Shown here piece after piece: positions 57,901 to 64,000 of a stretch of 64,000 bases of DNA. Made by a program: the position numbers and the translations under genes. The notes beneath the pieces are model-generated. The model did no database searches. It had not been told where the DNA came from and saw nothing but the letters and a program-made list of their open reading frames with translations. Origin of the DNA: an uncultured Christensenellaceae bacterium (lineage in GTDB: Bacteria; Bacillota; Clostridia; Christensenellales; DTU072); assembly GCA_964432485.1 (NCBI GenBank), contig CAYSNP010000001.1, positions 22,043 to 86,042 on the forward strand, in the 5' to 3' direction. Each line of letters begins with the position of its first letter. Within the stretch, counting starts at the first letter, position 1.

Positions 57901-59331
57901 ATTATATCAGCAAACTTGCTAATTAATAACTATTTGCTGTACCAAGTTATCTCCAGCAGAATGAATGCCAAAAGCGGATATTACCAAATAGGCGGAGCAA
58001 CCGGCTTTAGAGACCAGCTGCAAGATGCTCTTGCTTTGCTTCATTCAAATCCCGACAGATGCAAAGAGCAAATACTATATCATGCCGCACGCCAATATAA
58101 AGAAGGTGATGTAATGCATTGGTGGCATCATGAAAAGTATGGAGTGCGTACCAGAATAAGTGATGATAAACTCTTTTTGCCTTATGCGGTTGCAGAGTAT
58201 ATAGACTCCACGCAAGACTACTCAATTTTAGAGGAAAAATTGCCTTACCTTGACTCTCCCACCTTACAAGCTAATGAACACGACAGATTTGAGAATCCGC
58301 CTTATACTAAGGAAGCGTTTTCCTTGCATGAGCATTGCTTGCAAGCAATAAATAATGCACTAAAGTTTGGCGAACACAACCTTTTGCAAATGGGGGCAGG
58401 CGATTGGAATGACGGTATGGATTACCTTGCAGAAAAAGGCATTGGCGAAAGTGTACTTTTAACAATGTTTGCTTACGATACAATTATGAAATATAAGGAA
58501 TTGTGCAAGGATGCTACCCGTATAGAACTGGCCAATATTGCAGGCAGGCTACAAAAAGCGGTTGAAGCTCACGCTTTTGAAGGGGACCACTATATGCGTG
58601 CATATTCGGATGACGGCAAATGGTATGGCACAATAAACTCTGATGAGCTAAAAATTGACCTTGCGGTACAAAGCTATGCTGTATTGAGCAAAATTGCTCA
58701 ACCCGACAGAGCAAAATCCGCTATGGATAGCGCCGGCATGCACCTTGTAGATAGAGAAGCAGGCATTATAAAGCTGCTTGCTCCACCCTTAAATAAGCAA
58801 AGATATATAGGCTATATCTCGTCATATCCTGAAGGCGTAAGAGAAAATGGAGGGCAATATACTCATGCTGCTATTTGGTATCTGCTTGCATTGCTACAAT
58901 TGGGAAAACAAGATGAAGCCTTTGAACTTTTTCAAATGATAAATCCAATTGAAAAGAACCGCAATGCCTTTTGGTCAAGTAAATATTTAGGCGAACCTTA
59001 TGTATTGAGCGGGGACGTATATGCAGGCAAAGACAATGCCGGCAGAATGGGCTGGAGTTGGTATACAGGCAGCGCAGCTTGGGCATATCGCCTATTAGTA
59101 GAAGGTTTTCTTGGCTTAAAGCGCAAAGGAGAGGAGCTAGTAATTGACCCCAGTTTGCCAAACGCATTAAATAATGCTATTGTGAATTATAAATATAAAG
59201 ATGCAAAATATACAATAACTTATAAGAAAGCCAATGCATATAAGTTGTATTTTGACGGTATAGAAATTAGCAAAGGGAAAAGGATACCTTTACATGCTAT
59301 AAAAGGTGCGGAAATTACTTGTGAATGCTAA
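51916..59331 (+). CDS. cyclic beta-1,2-glucan synthase-like giant protein (membrane GT84-type glycosyltransferase + (alpha/alpha)6 glucan-processing domain + GH94 phosphorylase-like C-terminus)
   Basis: 2471 aa. TM helices at the N-terminus and flanking the GT region. DxD context IIVLDDDNVM, and ERRTRWARGDIE. Middle domain TTSPTNIGYSLL, WGISESGYY. C-terminal GH94-like GGATGFRDQLQD, GAGDWNDGMD, GGQYTHAAIW, and WYTGSAAWAY. Confidence 0.8.
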   Translation: MEYLYLLLALVGLAFVLMILSNKRENIEKIQMRTLSEEDFAAGIRAKARDFRSLSHGRGVNIFALSHQINKAIQSINRKNNANRPLFEHERWLYENYYLVRRYMAAHHNRSFNRLPNSNQQIRILEFARFIVANSTENLTQERVLAAIKMINNETSLYLNEIMNFKKAITYALIEQIYILSERVIYHNKMARQANKKLFKGEHLRSDIYAHYALKNPRLSAAAHSELLKMGVESKSIDYNYSLSILESTKMAKSLFKSLMHINSLFNEDVLINHLNISKVLNKDDQYANMSLDTKKNYLSIIERISSKLNVSELLTANKLIELARYNDIYFGEILSGHPKRLYCFIKNNKLVKIKVRPSFRNECVYITALSVLALAAAFGFGWLYRSVWLGLLSLVPIFFIAEKLINAVLSAIVNSRNIPSMNYTSIPNECNTLIVISQFIGDRAQLEEALAHLRAVKESNNDKNIQTSLLIDFKSSKKEIDPQDSILLEMLRQFEGEAGFNIFVRKRSKIGDKYAGWERKRGAIMALARYLVTGDSKDFFYVCNRNAPSPKYIIVLDDDNVMLPGAAKELINLIAHPGNAGYDLIATRSKFNLYSIKTPFSRRFLAESGVEAYPNYSSLYFNLFKKDIFCGKGIFRLKEFYNKLDGIFPSNKILSHDIIEGAILSTASTSFIYENAPKNFVSEKERRTRWARGDIELLPFILCKWNNDEKDIYKSEISPFYKFIIIKNALNILLPAFVLAIVILFFVNPSIWLLAGITVLSALVIDWITALRRAKDGIRLRYILLQIWTSAYLTAEMLLLLPFEAYHGIKTFIVTAVKMIKKGNLLEWKTYYSSQKASGFLKFVTLTAPSMPIMLIVAIILTLLRVNIAALAIFTLLSYLYLPLLYLLGLEKAERSLTEKDKKLLGDYAVKTYNYFKFMNNNMDLIADNLQLKPYKGTSETTSPTNIGYSLLAEVCAYYLKLNELENVIDNIEKTLNKITVLQKWNGNLYNWYYVKNGEVAQKFVSSVDSGNLVASLIVVTEFLKEHNASMLAKKAQTIIDNTNLSSLYDNTANLFYLGYYPNENRFEGAYDLLASESRLLSLIYIAYGGSIAHYRELTRDYTPIRGNTLYSWSGTAFEYLMPSLFIKPPPYSLLDHSCRNAVSAQKKVRKKRTWGISESGYYSFDEDLKYQYKAFGVNDLSLDIDKNEVVLSPYSSFLALDISPRSVIKNLKRLQKAGAYGEYGFYESIDFINKKQIVSSFMTHHQGMIIASLANFLTAGAIEKLMLRNPKIEGIKILLSERTSQQVYRRKQKDKKIQAKRDNSKFSESYMHLKDKLYSGGLSNGTITGFYDSNGNSFLKYQDIFINKFRADYQSVYGGVFYIKQNNKLYSPTYYPLAGDKENYVFTVNSDSINYANTKDKVSLDIAIDDDFNAEVKRLTLGTNNQNPTVYFFEELAVSKAEEHEAHQTFCNMFISTSIDKEKNVVLVHRKARGKKGDIYIAYIIRGLKDLEIETNRFNFIGRKREEHTPAFIFDKHIKYNSEGDVLEPCIGFAGKFKKREGAGYKCEIIKIVDENKDSLLNLIDLIPSDFYEYALEKSTQFIFHKQAGALAASLLYKPYSKEALRFVMENDLLKEFIELTDFKKTILFYFNDIEDTEKLLTLCSIINSLYLFNIKVRPIIIYKESFDKNIKEHIEEKLKRYFIINYKLIESNEEKSYIAEFAFITLNENLAINESVFIDKRRQSLPNQAAKVEKDKEHWGLESGVGSFDAEGNYIIDNTRTTDLPYSNIVAGRYGGFVITENGGGFTYFENSRENKVTRFENDPIKDIAYEQLLLCSDDNFRLNCSSHHTIVTHNLGSTVFATKLNELQINSEFYIIEEGKVKVIEVSARQKNMDNLCFSYIIDCALGWKHEDTFLYTYFEEDILKVINLKNSQSVYIKIIGSNTTVNYNENKALPNLLIKIDKPLSQNKFYIVMSSRLENILELSAEKIDYKKEEGLQYYKNLSNIELSSNIISANLLINNYLLYQVISSRMNAKSGYYQIGGATGFRDQLQDALALLHSNPDRCKEQILYHAARQYKEGDVMHWWHHEKYGVRTRISDDKLFLPYAVAEYIDSTQDYSILEEKLPYLDSPTLQANEHDRFENPPYTKEAFSLHEHCLQAINNALKFGEHNLLQMGAGDWNDGMDYLAEKGIGESVLLTMFAYDTIMKYKELCKDATRIELANIAGRLQKAVEAHAFEGDHYMRAYSDDGKWYGTINSDELKIDLAVQSYAVLSKIAQPDRAKSAMDSAGMHLVDREAGIIKLLAPPLNKQRYIGYISSYPEGVRENGGQYTHAAIWYLLALLQLGKQDEAFELFQMINPIEKNRNAFWSSKYLGEPYVLSGDVYAGKDNAGRMGWSWYTGSAAWAYRLLVEGFLGLKRKGEELVIDPSLPNALNNAIVNYKYKDAKYTITYKKANAYKLYFDGIEISKGKRIPLHAIKGAEITCEC

Positions 59332-59467
59332 AGAGTCTTATCAATTAGCTTAGATTTTAGAATTATCTTATGTTTTTATCTAAAATCAATTAAGAGAGCT
59401 CTGGCTTTGCTTACTCATTTATTATTTTTATGGTATAATAATTATATCTTATTTTTAAGAGGCTAAT

Positions 59468-60778
59468 ATGGGTACTAAAGTAAAACTTGCAATAGCATGT
59501 CTGGCTAGAAAAACTTTTGATTATATAGCGGCACAAGAGCTTTACAGCAAGGCATTGCTTAACTTAGAAAAAATTGCAGACTTGCAAATTTATCCGTCAA
59601 AAGAAATCATATATTTACCAGAGCAAGCCATTGCGGCAGGCGAATATTTTGCATCAGCAAATGTAGATGGGGTAATATTGTTTAGCGGCACTTTTCATCT
59701 TGGGCATTTAGCATTGGAAATAAAAAAGAAAACTGATAAGCCAATATTGCTTTGGGCTCCTGAGGAGTTGCCTTATGACGGAGGCAAAATTCGTTTGAAT
59801 TCGGTTTGTGGAATTAATCTTGATGCCAGCAACTTATATAAAGCAGGCTATTATGATTATACTTATTCTATTGGTGACAGCATTGATTTGGATTGGATAA
59901 ATGCTATAAAAGCACAAAATGCTATTGCTAAAGCCGCAATTGCCATAGCCGGCTATCGAGCTGACGGGTTTTTTAATTTGGATGTAAATGAGCTTGCCCT
60001 ATACAAAACTTTTGGCTGTTTGATTGACCATTATGAATTGTCGGAAATATACAATAGCACTCCCAGTAATGAATTAATCCTGCAATATAAACAAAAGATA
60101 ACTAGTAGCTTTGAGTTAAACATATCTCAAGAGAAGCTAGAAAAGACTGCTGTTCTTTGTGCTAAGTTTGTTCATTTTTTCAAAGAAAAAGGTATCACCG
60201 CATTGGCATTGCGCTGTTGGCCGGAGTTTGCAAGGGATTTTGGCATTGCCCCATGTGCGGCAATGAGCGTATTGCAGGCAGAGGGATATATTATAAGCTG
60301 CGAAGGGGATATAGATTGCACTCTTACTATGATTGCTCATCGGGCAATGGGTGAGGGCGCACCGTATATAGCTGATATTTCGCAAGCGGATTTAACCGAT
60401 AACAGCGTGCTGTTATGGCATTGCGGAGCAGCTCCCTTATGCCATGCTAATACTGCTCAAGGCTGTTCGCTGGAAAGCTACCATGCGGGCGGCGCAGGAG
60501 TTACCGCTGATTTTGTATTAAAGGAAGGACAAATCAACCTAGCCCGCCTTGATAGTGTTAACGGCAAATATAGGCTGTTTTGCGCAAACGGTACTGCAAT
60601 TAATTGTCAAAGAAAACTAAAAGGCACTTATGCCAAAGCTGTTTTAGAAGAAGAGCTGCCATTGCTGCTTGATAAAATTATTTATAATGGACTGGCGCAC
60701 CATGTTTCGGTTGCCTATGGCGATTATAGCGCTGCATTTAAGATATTAGCGCGCAATCTTAGCATTGAAATACTTTAA
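59468..60778 (+). CDS. L-fucose/L-arabinose isomerase-family sugar isomerase
   Basis: 436 aa with family-like segments LNSVCGINLDASNL, CWPEF, and IISCEGDIDCTLTM. Assigned by pattern similarity only. Confidence 0.6.
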   Translation: MGTKVKLAIACLARKTFDYIAAQELYSKALLNLEKIADLQIYPSKEIIYLPEQAIAAGEYFASANVDGVILFSGTFHLGHLALEIKKKTDKPILLWAPEELPYDGGKIRLNSVCGINLDASNLYKAGYYDYTYSIGDSIDLDWINAIKAQNAIAKAAIAIAGYRADGFFNLDVNELALYKTFGCLIDHYELSEIYNSTPSNELILQYKQKITSSFELNISQEKLEKTAVLCAKFVHFFKEKGITALALRCWPEFARDFGIAPCAAMSVLQAEGYIISCEGDIDCTLTMIAHRAMGEGAPYIADISQADLTDNSVLLWHCGAAPLCHANTAQGCSLESYHAGGAGVTADFVLKEGQINLARLDSVNGKYRLFCANGTAINCQRKLKGTYAKAVLEEELPLLLDKIIYNGLAHHVSVAYGDYSAAFKILARNLSIEIL

Positions 60779-60789
60779 AAGGTATACCT

Positions 60790-61887
60790 ATGGATTTTAG
60801 CTTTAATTTACCTGTAATAATTAAATATGGCAATAGTGCACTTGCTGATATTGCAAAAGCGCATACCAAACAAAATCTCTTTATTATGGCAAGCGACAGC
60901 GTATACAAAACGGGTATACTCAAGAATATCCCTACTTTATTTCAACCGAATAAGTATATGTTTTATACGCACATTACGCCTAATCCTGATATTAAAGAGT
61001 TGCTTGCAACTTTTGCAATAGCTAAAGATTTTGGTGCTGACTTGCTACTAGCAATAGGCGGTGGCAGCGTACTTGACGCTGCTAAATGCATAGCGGTAAT
61101 GCTGGCTAACAATGGCGAAATTGCCGCTTGCAAGTCTGACTCTATGCAAAATCCCCCTACCCCATTAATTTGCGCCCCTACCACTTCAGGCACCGGGAGC
61201 GAAGTTACCAATGTATCGGTTATTACTGACAATCGAGAGAAAAGACCTTATGTAAGCAATGCTCTATGGCCAAAATATGCATGCATAGTGCCTAAATTAT
61301 CTTATTCAATGCCAAGAAAAGTTGCCGCCGAAACGGGATGGGATGCTTTTTGCCATGCCTTTGAAGCCTATTGGTCTAAAGGCTCAAACCCATTTAGTGA
61401 TACCTTAGCCAAAAGCGCTATTAAGCTAATCCTTCAAAATATAGAGGATTCCGCTAACAGCAGCATAGAGCAAGCCCGAGATAATATGTCCTATGCCAGT
61501 TTGCTTGCAGGGATGGCTTTTTCTCAAACCCGTACCACAGCGCCCCATGCGGTCAGCTTCTTGCTTACCTCTGTGTATGGCTTGTCGCACGGAAGGGCTT
61601 GCGCTATTACTTTGCCGGGATTTCTGGATTATTGCAATGGCTATTGGGACAAAAAGCAAAAGCAATTGCTGGATTATCTAGGGTTTTTGAACTTTACTGA
61701 TTTCAAAGACAACTTGCTCTTTAAGCTGGAGCAGACAGGTATGCCTATAAAGTTATCTCAAGTGGGGCTAGCTAAGGAAGATATCCCTCTGCTTGCTCAA
61801 GAAGGCATTAAGCATTCCATTGCTCATCAAATGCCCCGCACAATTACAGCCCCTAGTTTGCAAAAAGTTCTGGAAAGTTTGCTTTAG
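60790..61887 (+). CDS. iron-containing (group III) alcohol dehydrogenase
   Basis: GGGSVLDAAK, PTTSGTGSEVT, and metal-binding His contexts DAFCHAFEAYWS and APHAVS. Confidence 0.85.
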   Translation: MDFSFNLPVIIKYGNSALADIAKAHTKQNLFIMASDSVYKTGILKNIPTLFQPNKYMFYTHITPNPDIKELLATFAIAKDFGADLLLAIGGGSVLDAAKCIAVMLANNGEIAACKSDSMQNPPTPLICAPTTSGTGSEVTNVSVITDNREKRPYVSNALWPKYACIVPKLSYSMPRKVAAETGWDAFCHAFEAYWSKGSNPFSDTLAKSAIKLILQNIEDSANSSIEQARDNMSYASLLAGMAFSQTRTTAPHAVSFLLTSVYGLSHGRACAITLPGFLDYCNGYWDKKQKQLLDYLGFLNFTDFKDNLLFKLEQTGMPIKLSQVGLAKEDIPLLAQEGIKHSIAHQMPRTITAPSLQKVLESLL

Positions 61888-61970
61888 CGGCAGTTGCCTT
61901 GCAATCTTTTACTATTGACAAGTATAGTTTTATACTTTATTATTAATATAGATTATTATTGGAGTATATA

Positions 61971-63983
61971 ATGAATTTTAGCCTAAAAGACGGAGTCCTT
62001 ACTTTCAAAGGCGCAACCGTTTTTTGCCACACTGATAAGACTCCGTTTATTATACTTAATGATACTGAGTACAAATATAAGAGCTGGAGAGGCTCTCTTA
62101 AAGTAAAAAGCAGAATAAAAAGTCAGTTTCCTTTAACAAGCCTAGAATATATTAATAAAGATAGTAAAATTATACTTAAATTTTCCAGTAAGGAACTTTT
62201 TGTTGATTTAGAATTAACTCAAGATAACAACATCTTAAAAATTATGCCTATAAAATATAGCAAAGGGTTTAGTGTGCAATTTAATTTTACTGCTGCTACC
62301 GATGAGCATTTGTTTGGGTTGGGCGAACGCTTTCTAAAATTAAACTTAAAAGGGGAAGTGGTTGAAAATACCGTTAGCGAACATACCAGCTTAGCCCCTA
62401 TTTTGGCAAAAGCGTATCCGTTTTTGCAAAAACTGGGAGTTAAAGCTAAAGCTAACTTTGCCGATATTAAAACATATTGCCCTATTCCTGTATTTACTTC
62501 CAGCAAGCTGTATACCTTGTATGTTGATTCTTCCGACTATGGGATATTTGATTTTAGCCTACCTGAATTAACTTCGGTAACCTTTGAACAAATGCCTAAA
62601 GCAATCTATTATATAGCGGGACAAGACTATGCGCAACTCTCTTATGGCTTGCAAAAAGTGCTCCCCTCTGCGCAATACCTGCCCGATTGGGTGCACAACG
62701 GAATGATACTTGGTATAAAAGGTAGCTTAGATGAGGCGGTAACTAAAGCTATTGCCGCAAAAAAAGGGGGTATTGCGGTATCGGGGATTTGGTGCGAAAA
62801 TTGGAGCGGCTATAAGCAAACTATTGCAGGCAGACAAGTATATTGGAACTGGGAATACGATAAAGAGCTTTATCCAAACTTGCCTGAAAAAATAAAAGAG
62901 CTTGAGCAAGAAGGGATAAACTTTTTGGCTTATAACAATCCATATTTGCTAAAAGATGCCCCTATGTATAATGATTTTAAGGCAAAAGGTTACTTAATTA
63001 AAAATAACAAAGGTGAGGTTTACCATATTAAGACAACTACCTTTCAAGCAGGGATGATTGACCTTTCCAATCCTGCGGCTTTTGATTATACCAAAAATAT
63101 GATAATACAAAATTTTATCAATATAGGTATAAAGGGCTGGATGGCTGACTTTGGCGAATATCTACCTCACGATAGCGTATTGCATTCCGGCAATGCAAAA
63201 CAAATGCATAATTCTTGGCCTGTACTTTGGGCTCGCTGTAACCGTGAAGCTATTGAGCAAAGCGGCAAAGCCGATGTTTTTTTCTTTTCCCGCTCTGGCT
63301 ATGCGGGTATTGGTGCTTATTCGCCCATTTTATGGAATGGCGACCAACATACTGATTATTCTGCTGATTACGGTATGGCCAGCGTATTGCCTGCAACCTT
63401 ATCTCTTGCAATGAGCGGAGTCCCTTTGTGTCATAGCGATATTGCAGGCTTTATCACCTTTGGCAAGCTGACAAGAGATAAAGCACTTTGGATACGCTGG
63501 CTACAAATGAGCGCTTTTTCTCCTCTAATGCGCTCGCACGCCACCCCTAGGCCTGATGCCAATGTACAATTTGATTTTGATGCTGAAATTATTGCTCAAA
63601 CTGCTTTATTTACTAATATACATAAATTGCTTGCACCTTATTTACAGCATATAATAAAAAATGAAGCTGGCATAGGTATACCTGCAATAAGACCTATTTT
63701 TTATAATTATCCGCAAGAAGCGGAGCTTTACGGCAAGGAGCTTAGCTATATGCTGGGCGCAGACCTATTTGTAGCTCCCTCTTTTACCACCAATAGTAAA
63801 ATAGGACAGCTTGTTCTGCCTAAAGACAATTGGGTATGCCTCTTTTCGGGGAAAGATGCTGACAAATGCTCCTTTTCAACTGATAAGATAGCGGTTCTAT
63901 ATAGAAAAGAAAGTGTTTTTGCTAACACTTTTGCAACTGTAACAAAATATATTAACAATTTTAACGGAGAGAAAAATGGATAA
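61971..63983 (+). CDS. GH31 alpha-glycosidase of the YihQ (sulfoquinovosidase-like) subfamily
   Basis: GGAG lies 6 nt before the ATG at 61971. Nucleophile context GIKGWMADFGEYLP, acid/base WNGDQ. There is long gapless similarity to my recollection of E. coli YihQ (LPDW..GIW..WSG...WNW...YP, FLAYNNPY, SLAMSG..HSDI.G). Confidence 0.88.
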   Translation: MNFSLKDGVLTFKGATVFCHTDKTPFIILNDTEYKYKSWRGSLKVKSRIKSQFPLTSLEYINKDSKIILKFSSKELFVDLELTQDNNILKIMPIKYSKGFSVQFNFTAATDEHLFGLGERFLKLNLKGEVVENTVSEHTSLAPILAKAYPFLQKLGVKAKANFADIKTYCPIPVFTSSKLYTLYVDSSDYGIFDFSLPELTSVTFEQMPKAIYYIAGQDYAQLSYGLQKVLPSAQYLPDWVHNGMILGIKGSLDEAVTKAIAAKKGGIAVSGIWCENWSGYKQTIAGRQVYWNWEYDKELYPNLPEKIKELEQEGINFLAYNNPYLLKDAPMYNDFKAKGYLIKNNKGEVYHIKTTTFQAGMIDLSNPAAFDYTKNMIIQNFINIGIKGWMADFGEYLPHDSVLHSGNAKQMHNSWPVLWARCNREAIEQSGKADVFFFSRSGYAGIGAYSPILWNGDQHTDYSADYGMASVLPATLSLAMSGVPLCHSDIAGFITFGKLTRDKALWIRWLQMSAFSPLMRSHATPRPDANVQFDFDAEIIAQTALFTNIHKLLAPYLQHIIKNEAGIGIPAIRPIFYNYPQEAELYGKELSYMLGADLFVAPSFTTNSKIGQLVLPKDNWVCLFSGKDADKCSFSTDKIAVLYRKESVFANTFATVTKYINNFNGEKNG

Positions 63984-64000
63984 ACCTTTGAAATTAGATG

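Noticed and set aside
59345-59390. Inverted repeat GATTTTAGA...TCTAAAATC after the giant glucan-synthase-like gene as a terminator
   Set aside because: The 9-bp AT-rich stem has a loop of about 20 nt and no following U-tract, so it is too weak to call.
61971-63983. Annotating the GH31 enzyme as sulfoquinovosidase YihQ
   Set aside because: Overall similarity to YihQ is high. However, the positions I align with the sulfonate-binding R301 and Y508 are Q and F, so I left the call at the subfamily level.

Overview
This 64-kb window looks like conserved chromosomal core from a low-GC, endospore-forming Firmicute. The Clostridia-type synteny blocks are nifS-thiI, miaB-mutS-mutL-ynbB, xer-lexA, cmk-ispH/rpsA, ytfI-ytfJ, scpA-scpB and rpsB-tsf-pyrH-frr-uppS-cdsA-dxr-rseP-ispG. 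I call about 55 protein genes, one tRNA-Trp, and a few promoters and terminators. I see no transposase, cas, phage or recognisable defence genes. The one stretch ordinary genes do not explain is 11340-15456. It is 4.1 kb with no credible ORF, built from at least five interleaved repeat families. These include 228-bp tandem units carrying four hairpins, 15 co-oriented 20-bp quasi-palindromic boxes, and more than 20 bipartite GGATTGCTTCG...CTCGCAAAGAC elements. The island ends about 10 bp before the promoter of a tyrosine recombinase gene that is followed by lexA. I cannot assign it a function. It is the best candidate here for something undescribed, but it may only be a nest of MITE/BOX-like elements. 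Other items worth a second look:
- a PolC-like N-terminus/OB/exonuclease protein with no polymerase core, sitting in the polC synteny slot
- a Na+-decarboxylase operon with two different carboxyltransferases
- a 2471-aa cyclic beta-1,2-glucan synthase-like protein
- a YihQ-family GH31 that appears to lack the sulfonate-binding Arg and Tyr, next to FucI-like and Fe-ADH genes
- two apparently leaderless genes
- a membrane-anchored PadR regulator
All protein calls rest on motifs and remembered family features, not on database searches.
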